A stretch of DNA of 64,000 nt from Geosiphon pyriformis uo1 (taxonomy: Eukaryota > Fungi > Glomeromycota): NCBI GenBank assembly GCA_016748015.1, contig JAAOMT010000009.1, positions 1 through 64,000 on the forward strand, written 5' to 3'. The notes under the pieces are model-generated. The model did no database searches. It saw nothing but the letters and a program-made list of their open reading frames with translations, and was not told the DNA's origin. The translations under genes and the position numbers were made by a program. Shown here piece after piece: positions 25,300 to 39,148 of the stretch (the first letter of the stretch is position 1; each line of letters begins with the position of its first letter).

Positions 25300-27750
25300 A
25301 ATGTAGCTAATTTTATATCTCCATTCTGCACTTTATTTATTTGTATGGTAACATCTCATTATCTAAAATAGGAAATTGCTATGCCATTGAAAATGATCAT
25401 TTGGAATTAAAAGTATTTTATTCTTTCACAATCAAAATCATATCGTTACAAGTAAGATCAGAGAATAAATAACGGCTCCGTTTTAAAACCTCTATAATTA
25501 AATAAACAAGAGAATTATTGTCAATCCTCTCTTTTCCTAATGAATGCTAAAGACTGATAGGATCAACTTGAAACTAACTTCCAAGATACTTGGATCCTGA
25601 TTGATCTTTTGCAAATTCTGAAGATATTCATGGAAGTGGGTTAAATCGACATTTTTTTACTTCTAATTTTAGCAAAATCCCCCCCATTCCAGGGTATCCA
25701 GTTATTCTTATTGTTAGAAAGGGATTTCATTTGTTCATTTAAGAATGACTCTCCTACGGTTTGAGCAATATCATCATACCACCTTTTAACATGAGAGTTA
25801 TTTTTTGATATCTAAAAATTCGTTCTGGCTTTATAACCTGATCAGAAGGAAGATGAAGTTGTAGGTTGTAGAGCACAAAAGTACTTGATCTTATTTAAAA
25901 AAAGTTTGCAAAAAAGGGTTGTATCAATAGCTCAAAGTAAACTTTTTGAAACATGGATGAGAATAAGTTCTAATTGCCAAGTTAGGGAGTTTAGAATCAA
26001 GGGTTATTTATAAACAAATTTAAATTAAGAAAGCCTAATCATTTTTGGAAAACAAAAGCTTTTATTTTTAGTGCCTCTAAATCTTAAAATTCATTTATTC
26101 TATTAAAAAAATATTTGAGCTTTGTCTATCAAATTTTTTATTAGAAGGTAAATTCTAAAAGGGAATTACTTTATTAGATTCATGCTAAGAAAATGCAAAA
26201 ATATTCATCATCATCAAGCCTTAAGATTTCTTGATAAAGAAAATATAAGGTAAGATTGTCTTATAAAAAATGAAAATTACAAATATCACAGATAATAAAC
26301 TAGATATTTCACCAGAATTTTAGCTATATTTATTTGTTAAATTAAGAATCACATCTAAGAAATCTTTAATCTACTTTTTTATCATAATCAATTCAATATT
26401 ACCTAATTAAAGCATTGATTTTATCATTAAACAATTTCAAATTTCTTTCAAGCTTAGACATACAAAAGACCAAAACTCCAAAAACTGAAAAAAAAGACAA
26501 AACCCCAAAAAAAGAACAAAACCAGAACTGACATTATTAATATTTTTACCAACCACTTAAATTCAAAATTTTGTACCAAATACAATTGGACAATTAATAA
26601 AGATGCAACTTGACATTATTTAACAAATATTTTTTGAACCAAAAAAACACACAAGCAAAATTATATTTTATAAGAGTAAAATTAAAATATATTCAAATTA
26701 TATACTTGGAAAGATTAAGTCTAGCAATAATTAAGTTTTTCAAAATTGGCACAGATTTTGATTGACAACACAAGTTTTTTTGCTTATAAAATCCAAAATA
26801 TTATTAAAATTATAAACATTAGTGTTTATTGACAATGTGTATAACAAAGCAAAATATATATTTCACTTTACCAGAAATTTTTTGTCTATATTTGCCTTGA
26901 CAATATGTACAGTCTTTTTTCTGATTAAAATATATCACAATAAAGAATCATAATTAGTTTGATTTAATTTAGCAAACTTAACTACAGTTTTTTGCCAAAA
27001 ACCAATCAACTGCAATTTAATTAACTTAATTTTATCAAATCCAAAAAGCAGAACAATTACAGCCAAACTTAATTCAGAAGTAAAACATTAATTTGATAAT
27101 TCTCTAAAATTTCGAATAAAACAAACCAACCATTTAAAATCGAACATGCTGAAAAGATTGCTCAAGAAATAACGATCTCCTAAAACCAATCACTAATAAG
27201 AACATTTTTTTACTATTTGCAATTTTTCTTGAGAAGATTTCTTTTACAACTGATAAATTGATATTCAGAACAAAAAATTTGCTAATAGAAAACAAAAGTT
27301 TTTCTTTGAGTAAAGAGAAAAGCTGGCAAAAAAACTGTTTTCAATGGAAAAAAAGCAATTTTAATGTCATCTCTTTATTATTATTATTATTATTATTAGA
27401 CGCATTGAAATTTGGCTTCTGAAGGAAATCTATTACCACATTTTTAACAGAATTTGTTTTGGGTATTGCATCTATAAAACTATCTTGAGAGATCTCTTTC
27501 ATCTTCTCATTATTAATCTCAGTTATCTTACTTTTACTTGCACTACTGAGTTTATTTCCAAATCTCAACCATCCATTTGAAGAACCACTAATATTACCAA
27601 AGGTTTTTATATTTTTTCTTGGTACCAACTTTCTGCTTGGGGCCCATGATGTTTCTGCTGATATTAGAACCAGAACTTTTCCAAATCCTATTCTTAGTTA
27701 TATTCTTGGGAAAGCTATTTAGAGCGGCCAGTTTTTAAATGAAGGAGTTT
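25300..27750 (-). mobile_element. Second LINE relic: ORF1 joined to a distal ORF2 portion
   Basis: ORF1 motifs ESSQEKLQIVKK, KIKLIKLQLIGFWQKTVVKFAKLNQ (26960-27035) and FALLYTL. Downstream are weaker post-RT ORF2-like fragments (FLDVILN; SHVKRWYDDI). I found no endonuclease or RT core motifs between them. Confidence 0.75.
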
Positions 27751-29707
27751 TCTGACTCTATAGTATAAGAATGTAAAATTGGGTAAATGAAAAAACTCTT
27801 TCAAAAATTTTTTTCTCTTTTTTGGATTTTTGGAATAAACGAGAGAAAGAGTTTTTTTATAATTATTTCCAATATTCAAATTATATTAAAATAATATTTA
27901 AATAAAAAATAACTTATAATTAATTAAGACAAAATATACCGAGTTTTATTGTTTTGAGTTTTTATAACAATGATTTTATTGATCATATAAAATATATTTT
28001 CAACATATATATATATATATATATTTATTTTAATATTTAAAATTTAAAAATATTTGTCGAAAAATTTTTGGTTTAAATTTAAAATTGGCCCAAGCTTAAT
28101 GAAAGAAATTAAGAAAGCATAAATATTGTTAGTATATTTGATGAGTGAAATTATAAAAATTCCAAACAAATTGGAATTTTGGTTTTTAGATTACAAAATT
28201 TTAAAAATATTTGTGCATTATATTATCCATTAATTTCTTAATAATGCTAAGAATTTTTTTTATTTTATTTTTTCAACCTAATTATGAATTTTATAAATTT
28301 TATTTAAATTAGAATATTTTGAAATTTCAAGTTATTGTATCAAATAAAGAATTTTGGCTTAAAATTGTTCGCTAATCAATTAAATAAAATTTTTTATATA
28401 TAAAAACTGCAAAATGTTTCTCTCCTTGTGGCAATAATTTTTACCTTGAAAATTGGACACCTAATTTTAGACCAAATTGTAATAGTTATTGACAAGAAAT
28501 TATTCGCTTAGAATTTCAAATTATTAGAAATAAAAATTTACAAGCTAGATTTTTCTTAGGTAAGCCTCTTAAATATTACATACAGCTTTTTATTTTTAAC
28601 AATTAATTAAGAGAGCACAATGTAATTTCAATAAAAACTTTGTTTAATAGAGGATCGTATTAATTATGGTGACAGAAGTAAATAGGAATTCTTTTTAATT
28701 TCAAGTTTCCCACAAATATTTTGGTGAAATTTTATTTACTATGATCACACTAATTGCATACTGCTAGATTAAATGCGACCAATGGATATTATTATTTCAT
28801 AATAACTTTTCATAAAATGTCCTCACATAAAATATTTTCAGTCTCATGCAAAATAACCTCGATTATAATTAATAAATTACCAAAACAGAAAAAAAGGTAT
28901 ACAAAAATAAGATTAAAAATAAATTTTTTAAAGTAATTATGAAAATCAAATTGTTCATTCAATATTAATATCTGTAAATAATTTAATAAAAATTATTAAT
29001 AATTAATATGTATTTAATTTAATATTTAATTTAATATTTAACAAGTTTAATATGATTAATTTTATTTTAAAATCAATTTAATCTTACAATTAATTTTTAT
29101 TTTGAATTTAAAGTTTTAATATTTGAATACAAATTTTTAAGTTAAAATTGATCTTTTTTAATTTTTTAATCTATAGAAATCTGTAATCAATATTTTAATT
29201 AGAATCTATGTGTGCAAATAATAATTTGAATCTACAGAAAATATTAAACCAATAAAATTTAAACTTTTTGATTTGAAACTATTTTTCTTGAATTTTGAGC
29301 TCTTTAATTACATGAAATTCTTAAAATAAATAATTACATTACTTTAATTCGTCAAAGCTTAATGCTCAGAATTTTAATTTCTAATTTCCTGATCCAAAAC
29401 TCGCAGACTCCAGTCATAAAGTTTCAAAAATAGGTTACACAAGTAATCGATGGTAATATTCCAAGTTTATGTGACTCCAAAACCGCAGCACCGATATGGG
29501 AATGAATGGAAATAGTTTACGGAAATTAACAAAACTCTTATTTTCCAGGTTTGGTGAGTGAAGGATTTGTTTTTTTTTTTCATGCATTGGATCCAAATCT
29601 CCTTTTACAAAAATAATTTACATAGCACGACAGTTGTAATATCACATTTAACAATTAACACAATAAAAAATCAGTCTTTAGGATGAATTAATTAGTATCA
29701 ATCAATA

Positions 29708-30271
29708 CAGTGCGCCGCAAAAATATCCAACCCCTAATTACACTTTGTAGAACAAACTTGAGATCGCTGAGATTTTCCGAAGACAAAGAATTGATGCCTT
29801 TTATAGATTGATAGATTTTCTATATCAGTTATTTTATGATCATCAAAGTTCTATGTCGCAAAAATGTCTCTTCCACAAGCGATACGAAATTCTTTTGTTA
29901 AATAAACATCCCCAAAGCCCCAAAACTTGGACTTGCAGCCACAGCAAAGTACATTCATTCTAGTAAGTTTAAAACACTTCGCTGGGTGAAAAGGTGGGGA
30001 GGAAATAAAAGACCTAAATGATCAACCAAAATCCGGCCGAAATCAAATCACGACCTCGAAACAAGAAATTCATCTAACCGCCACTATTCAACGACGTTTA
30101 CCTGAAGGTATATGGCTAAACTTTCCAAACCTTTTACTCACTAACAAACATAAAAAAAAAAACCGTTCAGATTGGGCTAAAAATTTTAACTGGGATTAAG
30201 TAAATTAGTATGAGAGTATATTGTAAACTTTCAAATAAAATAAAATAAATTCATTTTTTTGCGGCGAACTG
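29708..30271 (+). mobile_element. Internally deleted Tc1/mariner element with TIRs and TA target duplication
   Basis: TA|CAGTGCGCCGCAAAAA ... TTTTTGCGGCGAACTG|TA (16-bp TIR, 1 mismatch). Internal transposase N-terminal remnant: MSQK...KRYEILLLNKHPQSPKLG...DLNDQPKSGRNQITTSKQ. Confidence 0.85.
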
Positions 30272-31641
30272 TAAATGGTATTTTTCAGATCAAAAATGGG
30301 TTTTGTTGATCTCAGCTGGCGTTAAAAATTTTTTTTAGCAAGAATTGTATGTTTTTTGAATTAAATATATTACATAATCATTCTTCCCAGGGCCTTTTGA
30401 TTTAAAGAAAACATAAAAACACATTTTCAGCGGAATTCTAGTCAATGAGTTTAGAAACAGCTTTGAATGGCATTCTACTCCGAAACACATGAACATTAAA
30501 CACCTATGGATAAGTCGAAAAATATTTAATTCATAAATTTTATTATCTGTAAGTAGTGAGCTAATCTTAAAAACCCTTTGAAATTAATAAGCATAAACTG
30601 CAAAAATACCAAAATATTACTAAATTTCCGAGCGACGAAAAATTAATGCAAAAATATTTTAACACAATACGAATAAAATAAATGAATATATGCGTATGTC
30701 AAAACCATTGCCATTTCCTTGAATTTCGTCCAATTTTTCAAGATTAAAAGGCCACAAGAAAATTATAACTTGGGCTTCGAAAAATCTACTCTAAGATTTA
30801 CGTGAAAACTAGTTTTGTTAAAGGGAAAAAACGGCTCAGTATGTTCAACAGCTTTGTATGTATTAGAATCGTTCTAAATGTCTATGAAATTTAAAGCCAA
30901 GGATATGATAATTAAAATAACAATATGATTTCGAAAGAGAAAAAATAAAGAATATTGATATTTGACAAAATGAAATCTTGAAAAGTTGGGAATGCACATA
31001 TTATGCGTGTGCGAGGATAAAAACGGGTTGAGAAAAAATTACATTGTCCACATGCAATAAAAACAAGTTTCCCCAGAATTTGATATCCAAAAAAAAGAGA
31101 AATCACGAAAATTTTTATTAAACAAAAAAGGGAATACTGTTGTTCAATTTTCCAAAGAATGGCAAAAAGTACATAAAAGTAAAGACAGTATGCTATTTAA
31201 AGAAATAGAAGCGAAATGATGATACTTTGAAACAGAACCAAAAAAAATGAAAAACAGAACCCTGATGCGATAAGAATAGTTAAGGAAATGGAATCTCAAG
31301 GAAAAAATTACTAAATAAAAAAAGGTTCAAAAAAGTATTATAAACCAATCCTTAAGATTAAAAACAGAACAGTGAAGAGAAAAAATAAAAGAATGATGAA
31401 AATTTAAGAAGCCAAACTCAAAGAATGCAAAGTCCAAAAGCCCTACAATTCATATACCCCGTACAACAGGGTAGAAAATGGAATAAAGAATTTAGAAAAT
31501 ACAAAAAAATAATTTTTTCTTATTATTATAGCTTAAAGATTTAAATGCATGAACATAGCATGCATAGGATTGCAAACTTCGAAATATACGGATGATGTGG
31601 TTATGGAAAAGCATTTATATTACTAAAATTTATTTCTAAAT

Positions 31642-32856
31642 TTAGTAAAGGGAAAAAGAAGAGTTTTTATGATTATTTGTGATATTTTTTACACATGGGC
31701 ATAAATTACGAAGATTTCTTTTTAAATTAGGATGGACACATTGAAAATTCTCTTTTGATGTGGAAGAATGCGGATTCGTTGACTTTGGACTTGATATGTT
31801 TTCTAATAATTGGGAAAAGGAAGGTAATGGTTGGTTGGAACATGTAAAATATTCTTTGGATGGTGATGCTACCAAAGAAATGGGTGATGTTGGCAACGAT
31901 ATGTCCGATTTATTAGTGATCGATTGAATTGACATTAGATTTCTTGGAGGATTTGAACTGGTTGTTGATGAGTTGTGAATTTGTAGAGGTGAAGGCTTTA
32001 AGGATGAACGACGTGGATGTTGATATTCTTCAATATCTATGATGATGGTTTGGGGTGGTTTTTGTTCTTTGGCTTCTTCTTGTGTTAGCTGATAATTTTC
32101 ATTTGATAATACAACTGTTGAATTATGGGAATTTTTACTGATTGCCTGAACGTGGGTCATTCGGAGCAATCGTGTTCGATACTTGTTACTGTTTTTAAAC
32201 TCATTACGCTTTCTTAAAGCAAATGCCGAGGTTTTTCTTTGAGTGACCTTTTCACCATTGGTGAGGGTTGGAAGCCATAGAAGAGGCATTGGAGGTTCAA
32301 CCCGTTCACTTGTAACTTTTCCGATGAATTCTGAAATAAGTTCATCAACTTTTGAAAAATTGACATGACGAAAAGCACATCTTTGAGTTGTTGAGTTGGA
32401 AGTTTTCGTTTGATCATTATTTTTAACAGTTTCCAAATCATCAATTAAAATTAAGAGATTTTTATAAACACGACGTATCAAAGCATTTTCGCTGGATCTA
32501 TTTCGTATACATGCTTCTTCTCCGGAGAGCATGGAACGAATGGTTTCAAGAGGATTATTGGTATTTGCTAGTTGATTACCAAAATTGAATATTCCACAAG
32601 TATCATGTCGACGATAAAATTCGGAACTGGAATGATCATTATTGAGTGATTGGAGTCGATCAACTTCACGATTTACAATCAAGAAAATATCTTGATCAGA
32701 GATTCCGTTATTGCTGAAACAATGAATTTGTAAACGATAAAGGATTCTAGAACAGCTCAAGACCATTGGGTAATCATAACGATGACGTGGAAATTGCGAG
32801 AGATCGATTAAAAGCTTTGTTTCGCGACGGGTAAGTTCGCTTGCGACTTTTGGCAT
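31642..32856 (-). CDS. Hypothetical protein, 404 aa (helical N-terminal half, basic central patch, S/P-rich tail); possibly nuclear
   Basis: Long intronless ORF with coding-like composition in an AT-rich background and an AAAAAATG start context. No domain recognised. Confidence 0.75.
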   Translation of the reverse strand: MPKVASELTRRETKLLIDLSQFPRHRYDYPMVLSCSRILYRLQIHCFSNNGISDQDIFLIVNREVDRLQSLNNDHSSSEFYRRHDTCGIFNFGNQLANTNNPLETIRSMLSGEEACIRNRSSENALIRRVYKNLLILIDDLETVKNNDQTKTSNSTTQRCAFRHVNFSKVDELISEFIGKVTSERVEPPMPLLWLPTLTNGEKVTQRKTSAFALRKRNEFKNSNKYRTRLLRMTHVQAISKNSHNSTVVLSNENYQLTQEEAKEQKPPQTIIIDIEEYQHPRRSSLKPSPLQIHNSSTTSSNPPRNLMSIQSITNKSDISLPTSPISLVASPSKEYFTCSNQPLPSFSQLLENISSPKSTNPHSSTSKENFQCVHPNLKRNLRNLCPCVKNITNNHKNSSFSLY

Positions 32857-32877
32857 TTTTTTTTTTCAGAATAAATT

Positions 32878-32880
<3 letters not shown>

Positions 32881-32917
<37 letters not shown>
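32881..32917. repeat. (AG)n microsatellite in the 5' region of the 31642-32856 gene
   Basis: About 18 AG units, directly visible. Confidence 0.95.
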
Positions 32918-32920
<3 letters not shown>

Positions 32921-35561
32921 GTGACTGGAAAATTTGAAAGATAGAAAAACCGGTGAAATTTTAAACTTTATTTTATCAGATTCTAACCGTTGAAAATTAA
33001 GAAAAATGAAGTCTTAATAATTTTTATTTTAGATATGCTTTATCAAAAAGTTTCAAAGGTATCTGAAAGGAAAGTTCATGAAAGAAATAAAATTTTTGGG
33101 TATCGGAAACCAAAAGAGATTATGGCGAAAACTCTCGATTTATATTTCTAAAATTTCTAAATATTTTAAATTGAGAATGAATTTAAAAATTTTGTTTTTG
33201 ACTCATTATTCCCATTGTCCTCCCAATAAATTTTTGTGATCAAACACTACTTATAAAAAATTTTAAATTGGGCATTCATTTACTTTAAAGTATTAGGATG
33301 GTTATTTAAATGCTTAATATTAAAGAATTTTTAGTTCCATATACATTTGTATATATATATTAAAACAATTTTAAAGTTAGTTTTTTTGTTGAAATAAGCT
33401 TTCAGGGTTTTATTCAATCAAAAACATGAAGCAATTGAATTTTGAATTTGGACTTTGTCAGAAGTCTGGAATGTTTGAGAACGATATGAAAATGTGTTTT
33501 TGTGATCTACTAAGGATATAATGGAAATACAATGGTCTTGAATTAATGTTGAAGGGAAGTAATTCCAAAAATTTTTAATGAAACACAAACCATTCGAAAA
33601 ATAGAAGCTGCCAGATTTGCTTTTTAATTGAACTATAGTCTTTATCACGAACGCGATATTTACAATGATAGCATCATGACATTTTTTTTTTTTTTGCGAT
33701 AAAAATTCAACAATTAAAATCCAGAATTGAATCAATCAGCTTCCTTTTGAGATAATTCCTCAAATTGAGAACGCGTATATGTCATGTCGAAAAAGTAAAA
33801 TTATCTACCCATGCCAGGTATTTGACTTTCCTTAATTGTGTGTTGTTTTACACATGATCACATTATATTTAAAATCTAAGCTTCTTTGAATTATTTTACT
33901 TTGAATGCATTCTCGGTCTCATTAAAATTTCGGAATATTCACGAAAAAGGAAAAATTTTTGTGTTCAAATTAAATAAACAAAACTTTGTTCCTGAGAGGA
34001 TTTAAATAAGATTTTTTTTCTCAATATCAATATTTTAAATTAGATGCAAATAAAAATTTTCAAATGAGGTCAAATGGCGACTTCACAAATGAAAACTAAA
34101 ATGTAGATCTTTTATATGAAATTGTTTGTTATTAACTTAAAATGGAAAACAAAAGAAATTTGCGAAATGTGGCGTAATATATATATACATATTTTTTGTA
34201 TATATCTCATTATTATTTAGACTAAAGAAGAACTACTGGGTTATAAAATTCATATATATATATATATATATATACATTAAACCATGAAAAGATAATCTAT
34301 ATGCTTATAAATAATTTGAATAAATTAAAATCTTTTGAAGTAAAGAATAAAAAAAATTCTCAACTCTCTATTCTGGGACTTTACATTTTAACATAACATT
34401 AGATTTATCTTGAATCTACAACGAGTTACTGCATTTTAATTTGTTTATGAATAATAAATCGGGTTAGCTAAAAATGTTGGAAGCATTTGTTTTCAACTTA
34501 TGATTAACCTGAATAACAACTTTCTCTTCTTTTTCTTGTTTTTTACCATTCTTCTTCAACCATTGGCTCTGAGTTTCATGTTTAACTAAATTTGTTGCTA
34601 ATAAACAAACAATAAGCCTAGAAAAAATACTCTTTTTTCAATGGTGCTGTTGCTTAAATTTTTTTTTCATTTAGACTGAACTTTTAGGCACTTGAAAAAT
34701 AGACCTTTATATTTTTAAATTAAATTTCTTTTTCTTATTCAAAGTCGAAAGTTCATATATACATTTTTGAATAATAAAACTATTATTCTAAAAAATACAT
34801 TCATTCAATATCATCAGTTTACCCATAAGAAATGGATAATCTTCGTTTTTGTCATTGCCTTCCAGGGTTTTTGAAGTTTTTTTTTGGGTATAATTTCCCT
34901 AGGGCAATTAATGCTAAAGTGAAATTTTCTTAAAGAATTAGGGATAGGAAAAAGTTTTTTCGGTATAGCTACTACCTAGTTTGCATGACTGCATCCCATT
35001 ATTACGACGCAGGGATTTTTTATTGGGAGGTTATGATTGATCCAATCATGCAGGACACGGACAAAGATTAATTTGATAATTTCCAAGAATGGCATAACAA
35101 GAATATACAAAAATTCAATTTTGTTTATAGTACAAAATCTATTTATTTTTTAGAGCTCGGAACCACCAAGGATCTGTTGGATAAACAGAAATTTTATTTT
35201 TTAGTAATATGACTAACTTTAAAATATTCAAAAACCAGTAATTTAAATTTTTGACCATTTGTAACACTATGTGACAACGAGTAAACAGTGAATCTTATTT
35301 AAATTTATATCACCATTTAGTAGATCTTGAAATAGTTTATTTAATTGTAACCTAGAAAATTATTCGAATTTTCAGCATGAATACATTTCAATCAAAAAAG
35401 TTTACAAAAAAAAAAATTTAATTAATTCTAAATAAGAAATCAGGATTCACACATGTTTCAGAATCTAAACTGCAATATAAATTCTATATGGAGGTACAAT
35501 AGTAAAATTTATTCACTCAATCAGTTTTCTCATGGCCTTTTTTTTTTTTTTTTTTTTTTTT

Positions 35562-36335
35562 NNNNNNNNNNNNNNNNNNNNNNNNNNNNNNNNNNNNNNN
35601 NNNNNNNNNNNNNNNNNNNNNNNNNNNNNNNNNNNNNNNNNNNNNNNNNNNNNNNNNNNNNNNNNNNNNNNNNNNNNNNNNNNNNNNNNNNNNNNNNNNN
35701 NNNNNNNNNNNNNNNNNNNNNNNNNNNNNNNNNNNNNNNNNNNNNNNNNNNNNNNNNNNNNNNNNNNNNNNNNNNNNNNNNNNNNNNNNNNNNNNNNNNN
35801 NNNNNNNNNNNNNNNNNNNNNNNNNNNNNNNNNNNNNNNNNNNNNNNNNNNNNNNNNNNNNNNNNNNNNNNNNNNNNNNNNNNNNNNNNNNNNNNNNNNN
35901 NNNNNNNNNNNNNNNNNNNNNNNNNNNNNNNNNNNNNNNNNNNNNNNNNNNNNNNNNNNNNNNNNNNNNNNNNNNNNNNNNNNNNNNNNNNNNNNNNNNN
36001 NNNNNNNNNNNNNNNNNNNNNNNNNNNNNNNNNNNNNNNNNNNNNNNNNNNNNNNNNNNNNNNNNNNNNNNNNNNNNNNNNNNNNNNNNNNNNNNNNNNN
36101 NNNNNNNNNNNNNNNNNNNNNNNNNNNNNNNNNNNNNNNNNNNNNNNNNNNNNNNNNNNNNNNNNNNNNNNNNNNNNNNNNNNNNNNNNNNNNNNNNNNN
36201 NNNNNNNNNNNNNNNNNNNNNNNNNNNNNNNNNNNNNNNNNNNNNNNNNNNNNNNNNNNNNNNNNNNNNNNNNNNNNNNNNNNNNNNNNNNNNNNNNNNN
36301 NNNNNNNNNNNNNNNNNNNNNNNNNNNNNNNNNNN
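35562..36335. other. Assembly gap (774 N) flanked by poly-T and poly-A
   Basis: Directly visible. Confidence 1.
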
Positions 36336-36612
36336 AAAAAAAAAAAAAAAAAAAAAAAAAATGATGATGATTGTGTTTACAAGAAATTCTGAATTCTGAT
36401 ATTTTAATTTCAGTACAAAAATTTCAACAGAATTGAAATGACAATTATGATTAGTATCAAAGTGTATCTCAGTATTCAGTGCGTTTTAGGCAGACGATAG
36501 GTTTCAAAAGCTTTTTACTATGCTATTCAAAAGTTTCCAATATTCACAACACATTTCATAAATATTTTTTGACACTTAAAACTAATTTTTTCTTGCGATA
36601 TATTTATTAAAT

Positions 36613-37979
36613 TCATAATATCATCATTATAATTGTTGATGCTAGGATCAATGTGATCAATGATATTTGAATAGAAGGTTGGCTCGTACTAATCGGTATT
36701 GTGACATTATTATCCAAAAAATTATTGAGTGGTCCGTAACCAGCTGGTGGCCATACAATCGTGCTATTACCTTTGTAGTAACATGTAATATTTACCCAAT
36801 CGACATACATCTTGTAGACATGATTCTTGTTGGACCAATTAGTTGGTGAACCAGCCCATTCTGATGTCTCTCTAACAGTCATTCCACCATCCCATATACT
36901 GAATTGAATTCTTTGCGGACCGATTGGATATTGGAAAGTACCATTATTGACTTTTGTTGAATCTTTTTTTACTGTTCTTATTGGGGTACCATCAATAAAC
37001 CAGGTGATATGATCAGGTAACCATTCAATAGTGTAGTCATAATATTCTTTAGAGGCATCTTTCGAAAATTTATGCTTTTTTTGATGTGTGTAATCTATGA
37101 CACCTTCCCAATAGTAATTTGACTGAACTTCACCAGTAGCAAGGCCAACCCATTCAAAATCAATTTCATTTATTTCTAAATTTCTAGTCTAAAGAATTGA
37201 ATAAGTTCAATTAATAAATGCATCAATAGAATTTAAATTAAAAAGTTTACTTACGATAAATGAAGAAACGACACCAAGACTTGAAGACCCACTCTTTACA
37301 CGAGCTGTTACCCAACCGTACTCCATCCATCGTGTTGTTGAAACGGTTGATCCAAAACCTTGGTAATTACCGATTGAATTCATATTGACCCCATCATACT
37401 TCATTGACAACAAAAGTTTTCCATCCTCAATGCTTGCATAGTCAGGCTCAAATTCTGATGTCCAGTCATACTATACGAATAACATAAATATTAGAGAATC
37501 AACTATTTTATTTTTCATTTAATAAAAAACTGTGAATTACGTTCAACTATGATAGACTTTGTCCTGCTGATTCTCATACCTTTAATGGATCTCCGGTGAA
37601 GTTTTTTGCATTAACAATTTTGGTATTATTAAAAGTTTCATAAAAGTTTACGCAATACGCTTTTGGGTAACATGATTTTACAGAGTACGAATTTTCTGGT
37701 TCACAATCAGTTGCACATGAACGTGGATCGTTTGAACACCAACCCTTATTACAACAAGGTGTTTCGATTGGACAATTTTTTATTCTGTCATAATTTTTGC
37801 ATGCTGCATCGATGCTATTGAAAAATATTCCCAAAGCTATTGATATTAGGATAATCTAATAAGAAAAGAAGAACAGTTGTGAATTTCAATTTTTAAAGTA
37901 ATCGAGTGAACAAAATTTAACCACAATAAAAAAATCGGTTTTTCGTTTCCTTTCTTACTTTCATGTAAAGTGATTTCAT
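36613..37979 (-). CDS. GH16 Crh1/Utr2-like chitin transglycosylase with N-terminal Cys-rich chitin-binding-like module; probably GPI-anchored
   Basis: Exons 37979-37959, 37855-37580, 37470-37255 and 37188-36613. Signal peptide; CPIETPCCNKGWC; YGWVTARVK...GVVSSFI; catalytic EIDFEWVG; YTIEWLPDHITWFIDG; IQFSIWDGG...WAG; hydrophobic C-terminal tail. Confidence 0.92.
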
Positions 37980-38741
37980 TATTTCTTGTTTAGCAAGTAT
38001 TTAGAAAATTATATTTCCCATGTGCTACCCTTCATTAGGCGTCATTTTATAACATTGATTTCATAGAGTTCGCTAAATAGAGTGTAAAATTTTGTAACAT
38101 GCCAAGAATTTGTCGAGATTGCTGTATTAAATTTATTTAATCATTTTTAATTTTAGAATCAACGAAAAAGATGTGATTTATATTTGAATGATAGGTTTAA
38201 AACTTATGAAAACCTTTATAGTGGCGTATCAGAAACAGAAAAATTCAAAAAAAAATTCAAAAAAAATTTATTCAAGATTTTTCAACAAGCAATTAACAAA
38301 TTTATTCAAGACTCATATATTTGAAAAAATTTTTTATTAAACTTGACCATTTTTAAAGTTGATCGATAACGATCGTGCTTTGATGATCTCGATGATTTTT
38401 TAAAAAAGGCATTGAAATACTAAAAAAATTTTCAAAAACGGAAAGTGAGTGAAGGGAAGAACGAAAAATGCTCACCTATAATTTCAATATAATATGCTTA
38501 GAATAAAAAAGCTTGTTGAACCAATAAGTACAAACGATTTTCAATGACCGCAAGCTAAAAAAGATTATAAAACGCATGTACTATAAAAATGTAGTTTTGA
38601 TAAAGAAAGAGCCGGATTTTTTAAGGCTACATATTTAGATTATGACAATAATCTAAGAAAACTTTATAATAAATTTAAATAATAAAAATTTATAGTTAGA
38701 AGGAAATTGTTCTAAACTCATATTATTTTGGATCTATACTA

Positions 38742-39148
38742 TAAATCACATAGCACAAATTCGGTATTCTTTTCCCTAGTGCTCTCAATTAAGACCTCTT
38801 CTCTAGGTTTTATGTCAATAATAAATATCCCATCATCCTCTTTCAATGTCTCGCTTTCGTTAATTTTTACTTGTCCACCAATAGTTGTCACATGAAGATA
38901 AAGCTTTCTCGTTTTCTCATCTTCCCCTTGGACGTTATGTAGAATAACTTTATTTTTATTCTAAATAGAAATCGAAAGTCGTCTTCGAACTGAGATATTT
39001 ATACTTTGAATGAATGCATTAGTAATCGTATTATAACTCTATTCCTTTTTAAGGACGATTTCTCAGCGGAAGATTGTTATTAGCTCATAGTCTTAATAAA
39101 ACGTGATTTCTAATTTAAGTTTTTTTAACCTAATATTGGACATCATTT
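38742..39148 (-). pseudogene. Inverted, internally deleted copy of the pirin locus
   Basis: The reverse complement of 38742-38940 aligns to pirin 3' CDS ~53166-53368. The reverse complement of ~38945-39148 aligns to the pirin upstream region ~52020-52260. Confidence 0.9.

Noticed and set aside
35453-36392. Long ORFs of 286-303 aa
   Set aside because: Artefacts of translating the N gap and flanking homopolymers.
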